From Callorhinchus milii (taxonomy: Eukaryota): a stretch of 64,000 nt of DNA. Both the position numbers and the translations under genes were made by a program. Positions within the stretch are counted from its first letter, which is position 1. The number at the start of each line of letters is the position of its first letter. The notes beneath the pieces are model-generated. The model saw only the letters and a list, made by a program, of their open reading frames with translations, did not search any database and was not told the origin of the DNA. Positions 1 to 13,161 of the stretch are shown here, piece after piece. The stretch is taken from the NCBI RefSeq assembly GCF_018977255.1, contig NW_024704990.1:1-64000 (forward strand). Reading direction: 5' to 3'.

Positions 1-100
1 TTGACTTCACAGTGTGTTTTGTGAAGCGCTTTGAGACATCTGAAAGATGTGTTATTCGCACCATGTCGAATGCAAGGATTAATATTATTATTATTATTAT
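1..100 (+). mobile_element. 3' end of tRNA-derived SINE (same family as full copies at 19682 and 61267)
   Basis: GTGAAGCGCTTTGAGAC...ATGCAAGGATT followed by an (ATT)n tail matches the 3' end of the full SINE copies. Confidence 0.6.
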
Positions 101-1105
101 TGGTGACATCATCCGCAGACATGGAGTTAACTTCCACATGTATGCGGATGACACCCAACTCTACCTTTCCTCCTCTACTCTCAACTCCACGACCACCGAT
201 GTCCTGACAGCTGCCTGTCCGACATCGAGTCCTGGACGAGAGACAACTTTCTTCAGCTGAACGTGCGAAAAACCGAGGCCCTCCTGATTGGCTCACGTCA
301 GCGCCTCCGCACCTCAGGCGCTGACACCATCAGCATCCAAGGCTGCACTCTCCACTCAAAGCCAGTCAGGAACCTCGGCGTTTTGTTCGACCCTGAGCTG
401 TCCTTTCTCCCTCACATCCGCACCACAATGGCACCGTCTTCCATCACCTCCGGAACATCACCAGACTACGGCATTACCTCACCCCTCACGCTGCTGAAAC
501 CCTGGTTCGCGCTTTTGTCACCTCAAGGCTGGACTATGGGAACTCTCTCCTCGCCGGCCTTCCCGCCACCTCCCTCCACAAGCTGCAGGTCATTCAGAAC
601 TCTGCAGCTCGTGTACTGTCCCGCACCAGGCTTCGCGACTACATCACTCCCACCCTCGCTCGCTCCACTGGCTCCCCATCCCCTAGAGGATCCCCCTACC
701 TACCTGCCCGTAGCCTCCGTTCCTCTGCTCCGGTCTGCTCCACGTCCCCGCCCCAACCGCCCTACCATCGGTGGTCGGGCCTTCAGCCTCTCAGCCCCCA
801 GGCTCTGGAACTCCATCCCCCAGTGCCTTCGCCTTGCTTCCTCCCTTTCCTCCTTCAAGGCCGGTCTCAAAACCTTTCTCTTTGACCGAGCCTTCAGCTC
901 CCCTCTCGACACTCTTCCCCCTCCTCGCTCCCTCCCTTCGCTCCCCTCACCCTGACCATTTCCCCTCCTCGCTCCCTCCCTTCCCTCCCCTTACCCTGAC
1001 CATTTCCCCCCTGCTCGGTCATGACCCAACTGTGTAGTGCCTTGGGACGTCCTCCTGACGTGAAAGGCGGTTTATAAATGGAATCTTGTTGTTGTTGTTG
1101 TTGTT
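101..1105 (+). mobile_element. 5'-truncated L2 LINE (RT C-terminus and 3' UTR), with frameshifts and an internal deletion
   Basis: Encodes [23 protein letters not shown] (RT YADD motif). Nearly identical to the element at 46473-49900. Ends in the L2 stem-loop and a (GTT)n tail. Confidence 0.92.
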
Positions 1106-1120
1106 ATTATTTGCTCGCAG

Positions 1121-1267
1121 TACGCAGTCAGACGGCGCGTACGCATCCTCCTTGATGCTGAATACACGTACCTGAACCCGGCTCTGTCCCTGGTCACCAT
1201 GACGATGATGGCGAAGTTTAATTCATCACAAGCCTGGATATGGAACACATATCAGTGTTACCTGAAG
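1121..1267 (+). CDS. PRODH2: Hydroxyproline dehydrogenase, internal coding exon
   Basis: cag|TAC...AAG|gtgag, 147 nt. Encodes YAVRRRVRILLDAEYTYLNPALSLVTMTMMAKFNSSQAWIWNTYQCYLK. DAEYTxLNPALSL and WxWNTY fit PRODH2 better than PRODH (DAEQTYFQPAIS). Confidence 0.92.
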
Positions 1268-1274
1268 GTGAGAG

Positions 1275-1965
1275 TGTTTCACTGAGTCTCTAACCCTGAC
1301 CTGGCAGTGTACACGGACGCACAGTGTAGAGGGAGCGTTACTGCGTCTCTAACCCTGACCTGGGAGTGTGGACGCACAGTGTAGAGTCAGCGTTACTGTG
1401 TCTCTAACCCTGACCTGGGAGTGTGGACGCACAGTGTAGAGGGAGCGTTACTGTGTCTCTAACCCTGACCTGGGAGTGTGGACGCACAGTGTAGAGGGAG
1501 CGTTACTGCGTCTCTAACCCTGACCTGGGAGTGTGGACAGACGCACAGTGTAGAGGGAGCGTTACTGCGTCTCTAACCCTGACCTGGGAGTGTGGACGGA
1601 CGCACAGTGTAGAGGGAGCGTTGCTGCGACTCTCACCCTGACCTGGGATTGTGGACGCACAGTGTAGAGGGAACGTTGCTATGTCTCTAACCCTGACCTG
1701 GGAGTGCGGACGGACGCGCAGTGTAGAGGGAGCGTTACTGTGTCTCTAACCCTGACCTGGGAGTGTGGACGCACAGTGTAGAGGAGCGTTACTGTGTCTC
1801 TAACCCTGACCCGGGAGTGCGGACGGACGCGCAGTGCAGATGGAGCGTTACTGTGTCTCTAACCCTCACCCGGGAGTGTGGACGCACAGTGTAGAGGGAG
1901 CGTTACTGCGTCTCTAACCCTGACCCCGGGGAGTGCGGACGGATGCGCAGTGTAGAGGGAGCGTT
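1275..1965. repeat. 55/59-bp minisatellite, about 12 copies, filling a PRODH2 intron
   Basis: Unit CAGTGTAGAGGGAGCGTTACTGTGTCTCTAACCCTGACCTGGGAGTGTGGACGCA, with or without an extra GGAC. Confidence 0.95.
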
Positions 1966-1988
1966 ACATTGCCTCTCTCTGCCCGCAG

Positions 1989-2155
1989 GCCGTCTCGGAG
2001 CTGATCGCGGCTGATATACACACAGCTGCGGAACGGAGAGTGTGTTTCGGACTGAAACTGGTCAGAGGGGCGTATATGGATAAGGAGAGGGCATCAGCCC
2101 TGACCCAGGGGAGGTCAGACCCCATCGCTGAGAGCTGGGAGGCCACTAACATCAG
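1989..2155 (+). CDS. PRODH2: Hydroxyproline dehydrogenase, internal coding exon
   Basis: cag|GCC...AG|gtgcc. Encodes AVSELIAADIHTAAERRVCFGLKLVRGAYMDKERASALTQGRSDPIAESWEATNI, including the proline-DH motif KLVRGAY. Phase matches both neighbouring exons. Confidence 0.93.
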
Positions 2156-2159
2156 GTGC

Positions 2160-4740
2160 CATCCACACGCATCCCCTCCTCTCCCCACACACACACGCGC
2201 ACACACATGCACACATCCCCCTCTCCTCAAACGCACCCCACCTACATACACGCACAGCCACCCCACGCAACGCAGCCCTCCCTCCACACACAGCCAACCA
2301 AACCCCCGTACACACACAGCTCCCCCTCACACACAGACAACCAATAATGTACGCACACAGGCCCCAACGCACGCAACAGCCCCCAACACACACACACACA
2401 CAGTCACCCTTCACACTCAGGCTCCCACACAAACACGGACCCCCCCCCACACACACACACACCACAGTCCCCCCCCACGCACATACACAGCGCCCCGTAC
2501 AACCCCCACACACATACACAGCTCCACCACACACCCAAACACACAGCACCCCCCACACACAGAGTCCCCTCCCCACACACACACAGCCTCCCTATACAAA
2601 GCCCCCAACACACACAGTACCCCTCCACACACTACGCCCCACACAGACACCCCCCCCTGCTCACAAACACCACAGCCCACACCACACACACACCCCCACC
2701 CTACACACCCACACAAATAGCCGGACCCCACACACACACACACACAGAGTCCCCACATACACAGCGCACCACAGAAGATACACAGCACCTCCACCCACAC
2801 ATCCACGCAACCCTCCATATAGAGCACCCCCAAAGCACACAGTCCCTTCAAATCCACATGGAGCCCACCCCACCCCACACACATAGCCCTCCCTCCATAC
2901 ACACATTCCCCACATCCAAACACAGACCCCCCCCTACAATAAAACCCCACCACACAAACAAGCAAAGCATCCCCACGCCCACAGACCTCTCACGATTCGT
3001 GCATCTGTACACAGCCACACACATACACACACCATAACCCCGGACACACACGTCCACCCAGCCACAGCCCCGCCACGTACACACACAGCCCCTCCAACCA
3101 CACGCACAGGCACCCCAAAGATCACAGCCTCACCACACACAGTGCCCCCCCCCCCCCACACTCGCATCCCCACATACACAAAGCCCACCCATATGGAGCA
3201 CCTCCAAAACAAACAGCACCCTCATCACACACACACACAGGCCGACCGCCACATACACACCGAGCTCCCCCCATCCCCACGCCACCGCATACACGCATAC
3301 AGCCCTCCCCCACACACGCACACCACTGCCCCCTCACACACAGGGCCACCCCATGCACACATTCTCCCCACACGCACAGCCCACACCCCCCACACGCACA
3401 TCACCACCCCACGCACACATTCCCCCCACGTATACACACAACGCGCCCCACGCGCAGCCCCCACCACATACACACCGACATCACTCCCCAACATATACAC
3501 ACACAGTCCGCACCAACACATATATACAGTCCCCACCCTCCCCCCAACACAGCCCCCCCACATACGAACAGTCACTCGCACAATCCCCCACGCCACATAC
3601 ACACTCACACACAGCCCCCCCCCACCCCTCCCACGGACACGCAGACCCCAACATACACGCACGGTCCCCCATAACCCCCATCACATACACACACAAAGCC
3701 TCCCCGCCACACACACACCTATACACACAGCCACACACAGCCACTCCACATACACAGCACCACCCCCACATATCCACACAAACATCACACCCCAACTTAA
3801 ACACACGCCACCCCCTAAACACACACACAGCCCTCACAGACACACATGTAATACACAGACCCCATAACTCCCCCACATACACACACACACAGCACTCCCC
3901 CAACATACACGCACAACACCCCTCACATGCACACTCATACACAGCCACACACCCCCATCCACAGATACACAGAGCCCCACATACACAACCCCCATGACCC
4001 ACACCACATACACTCAAAGCCTCCCCACAAACACACACACACAGCACCCCCTCCACACAGCCACCCACACATCCCCCCCACACACACAGCCCCCCCTAAC
4101 ATACATATAGCCCCCATTCCGCATGCACACACAGCTGCCCCAAACATACACACGCGCTCACAGCCCCTTTCATATACGCACACAGCCCTCCCGCATACAG
4201 ACACAAAGCCCCCACCACACATTCAGTTCCCCACCACATACACACCCACACGCAAGGCCTCCCACACACCCATCCCCCCCACATATACACACAGCCCCCC
4301 CCACAACACCGCTATATCCACACAGCCCTCCATACACAGCATAGCACCTATAAACCCCCACCACGTACACAAACACCCACACAAACGCACGACACAGCCC
4401 CAAACAAACACATGCACAGACCCTCTACATCCCCCCCCCACGCACACAGCTACCCATACATACTCACACACAGCGCCGCCCCAACAATATACACATACAC
4501 CGCTCCCCCCACACAAACAGCCCATAAACCCCCACCAAATACACACCCACAAAGCTCCCCAACACGGACACATCCCGCACACCTACCCACCCACACCCCC
4601 ACCCCCACATACACAAAGCCCTCCTTCAGAAACACAGATGCACAGCCCCACCACCCACCCCACGCACACAGCCCTCAACACACAAAGACATTGCCACCCC
4701 CCACCGCGTACACCAGCTGCACAAAGCGCCGTACACACAG
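2160..4740. repeat. AC/C-rich low-complexity intron sequence
   Basis: Degenerate CAC/ACA/CCC repeats, strongly G/T-poor on the + strand. Overlapping ORFs are H/T/P-rich artefacts. Confidence 0.85.
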
Positions 4741-4744
4741 TCTC

Positions 4745-4937
4745 CCCACCGCGAACCCACAAACCACAACTCGGAGGCGACCAATTCTTACGACTGCGTC
4801 TTTTTTCTCGAGGGGTTATTATCGGGGCGCGCGCGGGGTCGGGAAACGTGGGCCAAGGTTTTGGCCGACCCGGGCATCACACCCGGGCCTCTCGCCGGCG
4901 AGGCGAGCGCTCGGACCACCGGGCGACAGAACCCCAC
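4745..4937 (-). mobile_element. 5' half of tRNA-derived SINE, inverted and strongly GC-shifted
   Basis: GGGCATCACACCCGGGCCTCTCGCCGGCGAGGCGAGCGCTCGGACCACCGGGCGACAGAACCCC aligns to the reverse complement of the SINE head (approx. GGGAATTGAACTCAGGTCTCTCGCTTGCAAAGCGAGTGCTCTAACCACTGAGCTACAGGACTCC). Confidence 0.7.
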
Positions 4938-4948
4938 GCGCTCCGCGT

Positions 4949-5110
4949 GAAAAAGTCGGTCGCTCCATTCTCGACCGTGTGTGGGAACCGCCGCCGCCGC
5001 CCCCCCCCCCCCCCGCGCGATCGGCTGCTGCGTTTCCCCCGACCAAACGTACAGCCGATTCACTGGACGGTATATCCTGCGAAGCACTTTGAGACGTCTC
5101 GGAGATGTGA
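4949..5110 (+). mobile_element. 3' half of tRNA-derived SINE, strongly GC-shifted
   Basis: GATCGGCTGCTGCGTT...ACGTACAGCCGATTCACTGGACGGTATATCCTGCGAAGCACTTTGAGACG aligns to SINE AATTGGCTGCTGCGTT...ATATACAGTCAATTCACTTTACAGTATATTCTGTGAAGCGCTTTGGGACG. Confidence 0.7.
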
Positions 5111-5250
5111 GGGGGTGGGTGGGGAGGGGGGAAGAGTGAAAATGTTGACTATCCACCGAGATGTCGGCACAGGCAATATTCACCAAACGGCCTGGGGGAG
5201 AGGGGGGGGAGAGGGCGGAGAGGGGGTATAACGTGATTATTTTTGTTCAG

Positions 5251-5361
5251 TTACCAGAGAGTTTTGGACCATTTGTTGGAATTAAGCGCGAAACACAGAG
5301 ACAAGTATCGCGTCATCGTGGCCACTCACAATGAACACTCGGTTCAACACACTCTTGGCAG
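5251..5361 (+). CDS. PRODH2: Hydroxyproline dehydrogenase, internal coding exon
   Basis: ttcag|T TAC...AG|gtggg, phase 2/2. Encodes YQRVLDHLLELSAKHRDKYRVIVATHNEHSVQHTLG, including the ATHNE motif. Confidence 0.92.
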
Positions 5362-5614
5362 GTGGGGTCTACGCCCCAACACCCCCCCACCACCCCGATC
5401 TCCCACCCTCTCCTGCCCAAGTTTTCCCACATCTCCCCCCCCTTTTCCTCCTCCCCCATATACTACCCCTCCACCCCCCCAAACATCTCCCCCCTCTCCC
5501 TCCCAATCTCCCCGTCTGCTCCCGCATCTCCCCTCCACCCCCTCTCCACCACATCTCCCCCTCTTCCCCACATCTCCCCCTACATCTCGCACCGCATCTC
5601 CGCACACTACGATC

Positions 5615-5752
5615 ACACTATCTCTCTCCCCCTCACTCTGGCGCTCTCACTGTCTCGGAAGACATTCCCTCTGGCGCTCTCTGATTTTTCGCGCACTCTC
5701 TCTCTCTCTCCACAGTCTCGCTGTATCACTCTCACACACTCTCTCACACACA

Positions 5753-5795
<43 letters not shown>

Positions 5796-6747
5796 TCTCT
5801 CTCTCTAACTCTCTCTCTCACTCTCTCACTCACAGTCTCGNNNNNNNNNNNNNNNNNNNNNNNNNNNNNNNNNNNNNNNNNNNNNNNNNNNNNNNNNNNN
5901 NNNNNNNNNNNNNNNNNNNNNNNNNNNNNNNNNNNNNNNNNNNNNNNNNNNNNNNNNNNNNNNNNNNNNNNNNNNNNNNNNNNNNNNNNNNNNNNNNNNN
6001 NNNNNNNNNNNNNNNNNNNNNNNNNNNNNNNNNNNNNACTCTCACAATCTCTCTCTCTCTTTCACTCTCTCTCTCACTCACACTCTCTCTCTCAGTATCT
6101 CAGTCTCTCTCACAGGCTATGTCAGTCTCACACTCTCTCACTCTATGTCACTCTCACACACTCTCTCTCTTACAGTCTCGCTATATCACTCTCACACACT
6201 CTCTCTCACTCTCACTCTCTCTCACAGTCTCGCTATGTCACTCTCACTCTCTCTCTCTCTCTCCCTCACTCTCTCTAACTCTCTCTCACTCTCTCTCACA
6301 GTCTCGCTATGTCACTCTCACACACTCTCTCTCTCCCTCACTCTCTCTAACTCTCTTCTCTCTCTCTCTGACAGTCTCGCTATGTCACGCTCACACTCTC
6401 TCTCTCACTCTCACTCACACTCTCTCACTCACACTCTCTCAGTCTCGCTATATCACACTCACACACTCACTCTCTCTCTCAATCACTCTCTCGCTATATC
6501 ACTCTCCCACTCTCTCTCTCACTCACATTCTCTCTCTCACTCTCTCAGTCTCTCTCACAGGCTATGTCAGTCTCACACTCTCTCACTCTCTCTATATCAC
6601 TCTCACACACTCTCTCTCACTCTCTCCCTCACAGTCTCGCTATGTCACTCTCACACTCTCTCTCTTTCTCTCACTATCTCTAACTCTCTCTCTCTCTCAC
6701 AGTCTCGCTATGTCACTCTCACGCTCTCTCTCTCTCTCACTCTCTCT

Positions 6748-6799
<52 letters not shown>

Positions 6800-9486
6800 G
6801 TCTCGCTATAACATTCGCACAATCTCTCGCTCTCTTTCAATCTCTCACTCTCACTCAAACTCTCTCTCTCACACTCTCACTATGTCAATCTCACACTCTC
6901 TCCCTCTCTCACTCTCTCTCACAGTCTCACTATATCACTCTTACACTCTCTCTTTCTCTCTCACTCTCTCTCACAATCTCGCTGTATCACTCTCACCTAT
7001 TTTCTCTCTCTCTCACTCTCTCTCACACACTCTCTCACACACTCTCACAGTCTCCTGATATCACTCTCACACGCTCTCTCTCTCCGTCTCACTCTCTCTC
7101 TCTCACAATCTCGCCATATCACTCTCAGACTCTCTGTCACTCATTCTTTCTCACTCACAATCACTCACTCACACTCTCTCAGTCTCGCTATATCACTCTC
7201 ACACACTCACTCTCTCTCATTCACTCTCTCACTATATCACTCTACCACTCTCTCTCTCTCCCACTCTCTCTCTCTCTTTCATTCTCTCTCACTCACAGTC
7301 TCGCTATATCATTCTCACCCTCTCTTTCTCCACAGTCTCGCTATATCACTCTCACAATCTCTCTCTCTCTTTCACTCTCTCTCTCACTCACACTCTCTCT
7401 CTCCCTCTCACTCTCTCTCTCACAATCTCGCTATATCACTCTCACACTCTCTCTCACTCACTCTTTCTCACTCACTCTTTCTCACTCACTTTCTCTCTCT
7501 CACTCTCTCTCACTCACACTCTCTTACTCACACTCTCTCAGTCTCGCGATATCACTCTCACACGCTCACTCTCTCACTCACTCTCTCTCTATATCACTCT
7601 CCCACTCTCTCTCTCCCACTCTCTCTCTCTCTCTCTCTCTTTTACTCTCTCTCACTCACAGTCTCGCTATATCACTCTCACACTCTCTCTCACTCACTCT
7701 TTCTCACTCACTCTTTCTCACTCACTCTCTCTCTCTCACTCCCTCTCACTCACACTCTCTCACTCACACTCTCTCAGTCTCGCGATATCACTCTCACACG
7801 CTCACTCTCTCACTCACTCTCTCGCTATATCACTCTCCCACTCTCTCTCTACCACTCTCTCTCTCTCTCTCTTTTATTCTCTCTCACTCACAGTCTCGCT
7901 ATATCACTCTCACTCTCTCTCTCTCACAGTCTCGCTATATCGCTCTCACAATCTCTCTCTCTCTTTCACTCTTTCTCTCACTCACACTCTCTCTTTCACT
8001 CTCTCTCAGTCTCTCTCACAGTCTCGCTATGTCAATCTCACTCTCTGTCTCTCTCTCTCTCTCTCACAGTCTCAATATATTACTCTTACACTCTCTCTTT
8101 CTCTCTCACTCTCTCACAATCTCGCTGTATCACTCTCACCTATTCTCTCTCTCTCTCTCACTCTCTCACACACTCTCTCACACACTCTCACAGTCTCCTG
8201 ATATCACTCTCACACACTCTCTATCTCCCTCTCACTCACTCTCTCACAATCTCGTTATATCACTCTCACACTCTCTCCCACTCACTCTTTCTCACTCAAA
8301 CTCTCTCACTCACACTCTCTCAGTCTCGCTATATCACTCTCACACACCCACTCTCTCTCTCACTCACTCTCTCGATATATCACTCTCTCTCTCACTCTCT
8401 CTCTCTCCCACTCTCTCTCTCTTTCATTCTCTCTCACTCACAGTCTCGCTATATCACTCTCACTCTCTCTCTCACATTATCGCTATATCACTCTCACAAT
8501 CTCTCTCTCTCTTTCACTCTCTCTCACTCACACTCTCTTTCGCACTCTCTCTCTGTCTCTCTCGCAGTCTCGCTTTGTCAATCTCACACTCTCTCCCTAT
8601 CTCACTCTCTCTCACAGTCTCACTATATCACTCTTACACTCTCTCTTTCTCTCTCACTCTCTCTCACAATCTCGCTGTATCACTCTCACCTATTTTCTCT
8701 CTCTCTCACTCTCTCTCACACACTCTCTCACACGCTCTCACAGTCTCCTGATATCACTCTCACACGCTCTCTCTCTCCCTCTCACTCTCTCTCTCTCACA
8801 ATCTCGCCATATCACTCTCAGACTCTCTGTCACTCATTCTTTCTCACTCACAATCACTCACTCACACTCTCTCAGTCTCGCTATATCACTCTCACACACT
8901 CACTCTCTCTCACTCACTCTCTCACTATATCACTCTACCACTCTCTCTCTCCCACTCTCTCTCTCTCTTTCATTCTCTCTCACTCACAATCTCGCTATAT
9001 CATTCTCACCCTCTCTTTCTCACAGTCTCGCTATATCACTCTCACAATCTCTCTCTCTCTTTCACTCTCTCTCTCACACACACTCTCTCTCTCCCTCTCA
9101 CTCTCTCTCTCACAATCTCGCTATATCACTCTCACACTCTCTCTCACTCACTCTTTCTCACTCACTCTTTCTCACTCACTTTCTCTCTCTCACTCTCTCT
9201 CACTCACACTCTCTTACTCACACTCTCTCAGTCTCGCGATATCACTCTCACACGCTCACTCTCTCACTCACTCTCTCGCTATATCACTCTCCCACTCTCT
9301 CTCTCCCACTCTCTCTCTCTCTCTCTTTTATTCTCTCTCACTCACAGTCTCGCTATATCACTCTCACTCTCTCTCTCTCACAGTCTCGCTATATCACTCT
9401 CACAATCTCTCTCTCTCTTTCACTCTTTCTCTCACTCACACTCTCTCTTTCACTCTCTCTCAGTCTCTCTCACAGTCTCGCTATGT

Positions 9487-9524
<38 letters not shown>

Positions 9525-12500
9525 GTCTCGCTATATCACTCTCACTCTCTCTCTCACAGTCTCGCTATATCACTCTCACAATCTCTCTCTCTCTTTCACT
9601 CTTTCTCTCACTCACACTCTCTCTTTCACTCTCTCTCTGTCTCTCTCACAGTCTCGCTATGTCAATCTCACACTCTCTCTCTCTCTCACTCACTCTCTCT
9701 CACAGTCTCACTATATCACTCTTACACTCTCTCTTTCTCTCTCACTCTCTCTCACAATCTCGCTGTATCACTCTCACCTATTTTCTCTCTCTCTCACTCT
9801 CTCTCACACACTCTCTCACACACTCTCACAGTCTCCTGATATCACTCTCACACACTCTCTCTCTCCCTCTCTCTCTCTCACATTCTCGCCATATCACTCT
9901 CAGACTCTCTCTCACTCATTCTTTCTCACGCACAATCACTCATTCACACTCTCTCAGTCTCGCTATATCACTCTCACACCTCTCTCTCTCCCTCTCACTC
10001 TCTCTCTCTCACAATCTCGCTATATCACTCTCAGACTCTCTCTCACTCATTCTTTCTCACTCAGTCACTCACTCACTCACACTCTCTCAGTCTCGCTATA
10101 TCACTCTCACACACTCACTCTCTCTCACTCACTCTCTCACTATATCACTCTACCACACACACTCTCTCTCTCCCACTCTCTCTCTCTCTTTCATTCTCTC
10201 TCACTCACAGTCTCGCTATATCATTCTCACCCTCTCTTTCTCACAGTCTCGCTATGTCACTCTCACAATCTCTCTCTCTCTTTCACTCTCTCTCTCACAC
10301 ACACTCTCTCTCTCTGCCTCTCACTCTCTCTCTCACAATCTCGCTATATCACTCTCACACTCTCTCTCACTCACTCTTTCTCACTCACTCTTTCTCTCTA
10401 ACTCTCTCTCTCTCTCACTCTCTCTCACTCACACTCTCTCACTCACACTCTCTCATTCTCGCGATATCACTCTCACACACTCACTCTCTCACTCACTCTC
10501 TCGCTATATCTCTCTCCCACTCTCTCTCTCCCACTCTCTCTCTCTCTCTCTTTTATTCTCTCTCTCTCACAGTCTCGCTATATCACTCTCACAATCTCTC
10601 TCTCTCTTTCACTCTCTCTCTCACTCACACTCTCTCTCACTCTCTCTCAGTCTCTCTCACAGTCTCGCTCTATCACTCTCACACACTCTCACTCTCTCTC
10701 TTACTCTCTCTCTCTCACTCTGTCTCTCTCACAGTCTCGCTATGTCACTCTCACACACACACTCTCTCTCTCTCTCTCTCTCTCTCACAGTCTCACTATA
10801 TCACTCTTACACTCTCTCTTTCTCTCTCACTCTCTCACAATCTCGCTGTATCACTCTCACCTATTCTCTCTCTCTCTCACTCTCTCTCACACACTCTCTC
10901 ACACACTCTCACAGTCTCCTGATATCACTCTCACACACTCTATATCTCCCTCTCACTCACTCTCTCACAATCTCGTTATATCACTCTCACACTCTCTCCC
11001 ACTCACTCTTTCTCACTCACACTCTCTCACTCACACTCTCTCAGTCTCGCTATATCACTCTCACACACTCACTCTCTCTCTCACTCACTCTCTCGCTATA
11101 TCACTCTCTCTCTCACTCTCTCTCTCCCACTCTCTCTCTCTTTCATTCCCTCTCACTCACAGTCTCGCTATATCACTCTCACTCTCTCTCTCACAGTATC
11201 GCTATATCACTCTCACAATCTCTCTCTCTCTTTCACTCTCTCTCACTCACACTCTCTTTATCACTCTCTCTCTGTCTCTCTCACAGTCTCGCTATGTCAA
11301 TCTCACACTCTCTCTCTCTCTCCCTCACTCTCTCTCACAGTCTCACTATATCACTCTTACACTCTCTCTTTCTCTCTCACTCTCTCTCACAATCTCGCTG
11401 TATCACTCTCACCTATTTTCTCTCTCTCTCACTCTCTCTCACACACTCTCTCACACACTCTCACAGTCTCCTGATATCACTCTCACACACTCTCTCTCTC
11501 CCTCTCTCTCTCTCACATTCTCGCCATATCACTCTCAGACTCTCTCTCACTCATTCTTTCTCACTCACAATCACTCATTCACACTCTCTCAGTCTCGCTA
11601 TATCACTCTCACACGCTCTCTCTCTCCCTCTCACTCTCTCTCTCTCACAATCTCGCTATATCACTCTCAGACTCTCTCTCACTCATTCTTTCTCACTCAC
11701 AGTCACTCACTCACACTCTCTCAGTCTCGCTATATCACTCTCACACACTCACTCTCTCTCACTCACTCTCTCACGATATCACTCTACCACACACACTCTC
11801 TCTCTCCCACTCTCTCTCTCTCTTTCATTCTCTCTCACTCACAGTCTCGCTATATCATTCTCACCCTCTCTTTCTCACAGTCTCGCTATGTCACTCTCAC
11901 AATCTCTCTCTCTCTTTCACTCTCTCTCTCACTCACACTCTCTCTCTCCCTCTCACTCTCTCTCTCACTATCTCGCTATATCACTCTCACACTCTCTCTC
12001 ACTCACTCTTTCTCACTCACTCTTTCTCACTAACTCTCTCTCTCTCTCACTCTCTCTCACTCACACTCTCTCACTCACACTCTCTCATTCTCGCGATATC
12101 ACTCTCACACACTCACACTCTCACTCACTCTCTCGCTATATCTCTCTCCCACTCTCTCTCTCCCACTCTCTCTCTCTCTCTATTTTATTCTCTCTCTCTC
12201 ACAGTCTCGCTATATCACTCTCACAATCTCTCTCTCTCTTTCACTCTCTCTCTCACTCACACTCTCTCTCACTCTCTCTCAGTCTCTCTCACAGTCTCGC
12301 TCTATCACTCTCACACACTCTCACTCTCTCTCTTACTCTCTCTCTCTCACTCTGTCTCTCTCACAGTCTCGCTATTTCACTCTCACACACACTCACACTC
12401 TCTCTCTCTCTCTCTCTCACTCTCTCTCTCTCACAGTCTCGCTATATCACTCTCACACACTCTCACTCTCTCCCACTCTCTCTTTCATTCTCTCTCACAC

Positions 12501-13155
12501 ACAGTCTCGCTATATCACTCTCACACACTCTCTCTCACTCTCTCTCTCTCTCTCACTCTCTCTCTCACTCTCTCTCTCACTCTGTCTCTCTCATAGACTC
12601 CGTATATCACTCTCACACTCTCTCTTTCTCTCTCACTCTCTCTCACAATCTCGCTGTATCACTCTCACCTATTCTCTCTCTCTCTTACTCTCTCTCACAC
12701 ACTCTCTCACACTCTCTCACAGTCTCCTGATATCACTCTCACACTCTCTCTCTCACTCTCTCACTCTCTTTCTCTTATAGTCTCACTATTTCACAGTCAC
12801 ACACACTCTCTCTCTCTTTCTCTCTCTCTCTCTCACTCTCTCTCTCTCACAGTCTCACTAGTTCACTGTCACACACTCTCTCTCTCTCTCTCTCACTCTC
12901 TCTCTCTCTCACAGTCTCACTATTTCACTGTCAGACACACTCTCTCACTCTCTCTCACAGTCTCACTATTTCACTGTCAGACACACTCCCTCACTCTCTC
13001 TCTCTCACAGTCTCACTATTTCACTGTCGCACACTCTCTCACTCTCTCTCACAGTCTCACTATTTCACTGTCAGACACACTCTCTCACTCTCACTCTCTC
13101 TCTCGCAGTCTCACTATTTCACTGTCAGACACACTCACTCTCACACACTCTTTCA
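5615..13155. repeat. About 7.5-kb compound (CT/CA)n satellite with a recurring CACAGTCTCGCTATATCACTCT motif and higher-order periodicity
   Basis: Read directly from the sequence. The marker CAGTCTCCTGATA recurs at 7048, 8191, 8741, 9829, 10912, 11464 and 12720. Includes an N gap from 5841 to about 6037. Confidence 0.95.
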
Positions 13156-13161
13156 CTCCAG

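Noticed and set aside
1320-1965. Repeated CACAGTG (RSS heptamer) and TAACCC (telomere-like) within the minisatellite
   Set aside because: No nonamer at 12 or 23 nt, and the TAACCC units are single rather than tandem.
2115-4635. Many overlapping H/T/P-rich or C/V/G-rich ORFs
   Set aside because: Low-complexity intron sequence between bona fide PRODH2 exons.
5243-12730. Very long ORFs (522, 868 and 1023 aa) rich in S/L/H/T
   Set aside because: These are translations of the CT/CA satellite, which lacks stop codons by composition. Only 5251-5361 is a real exon.
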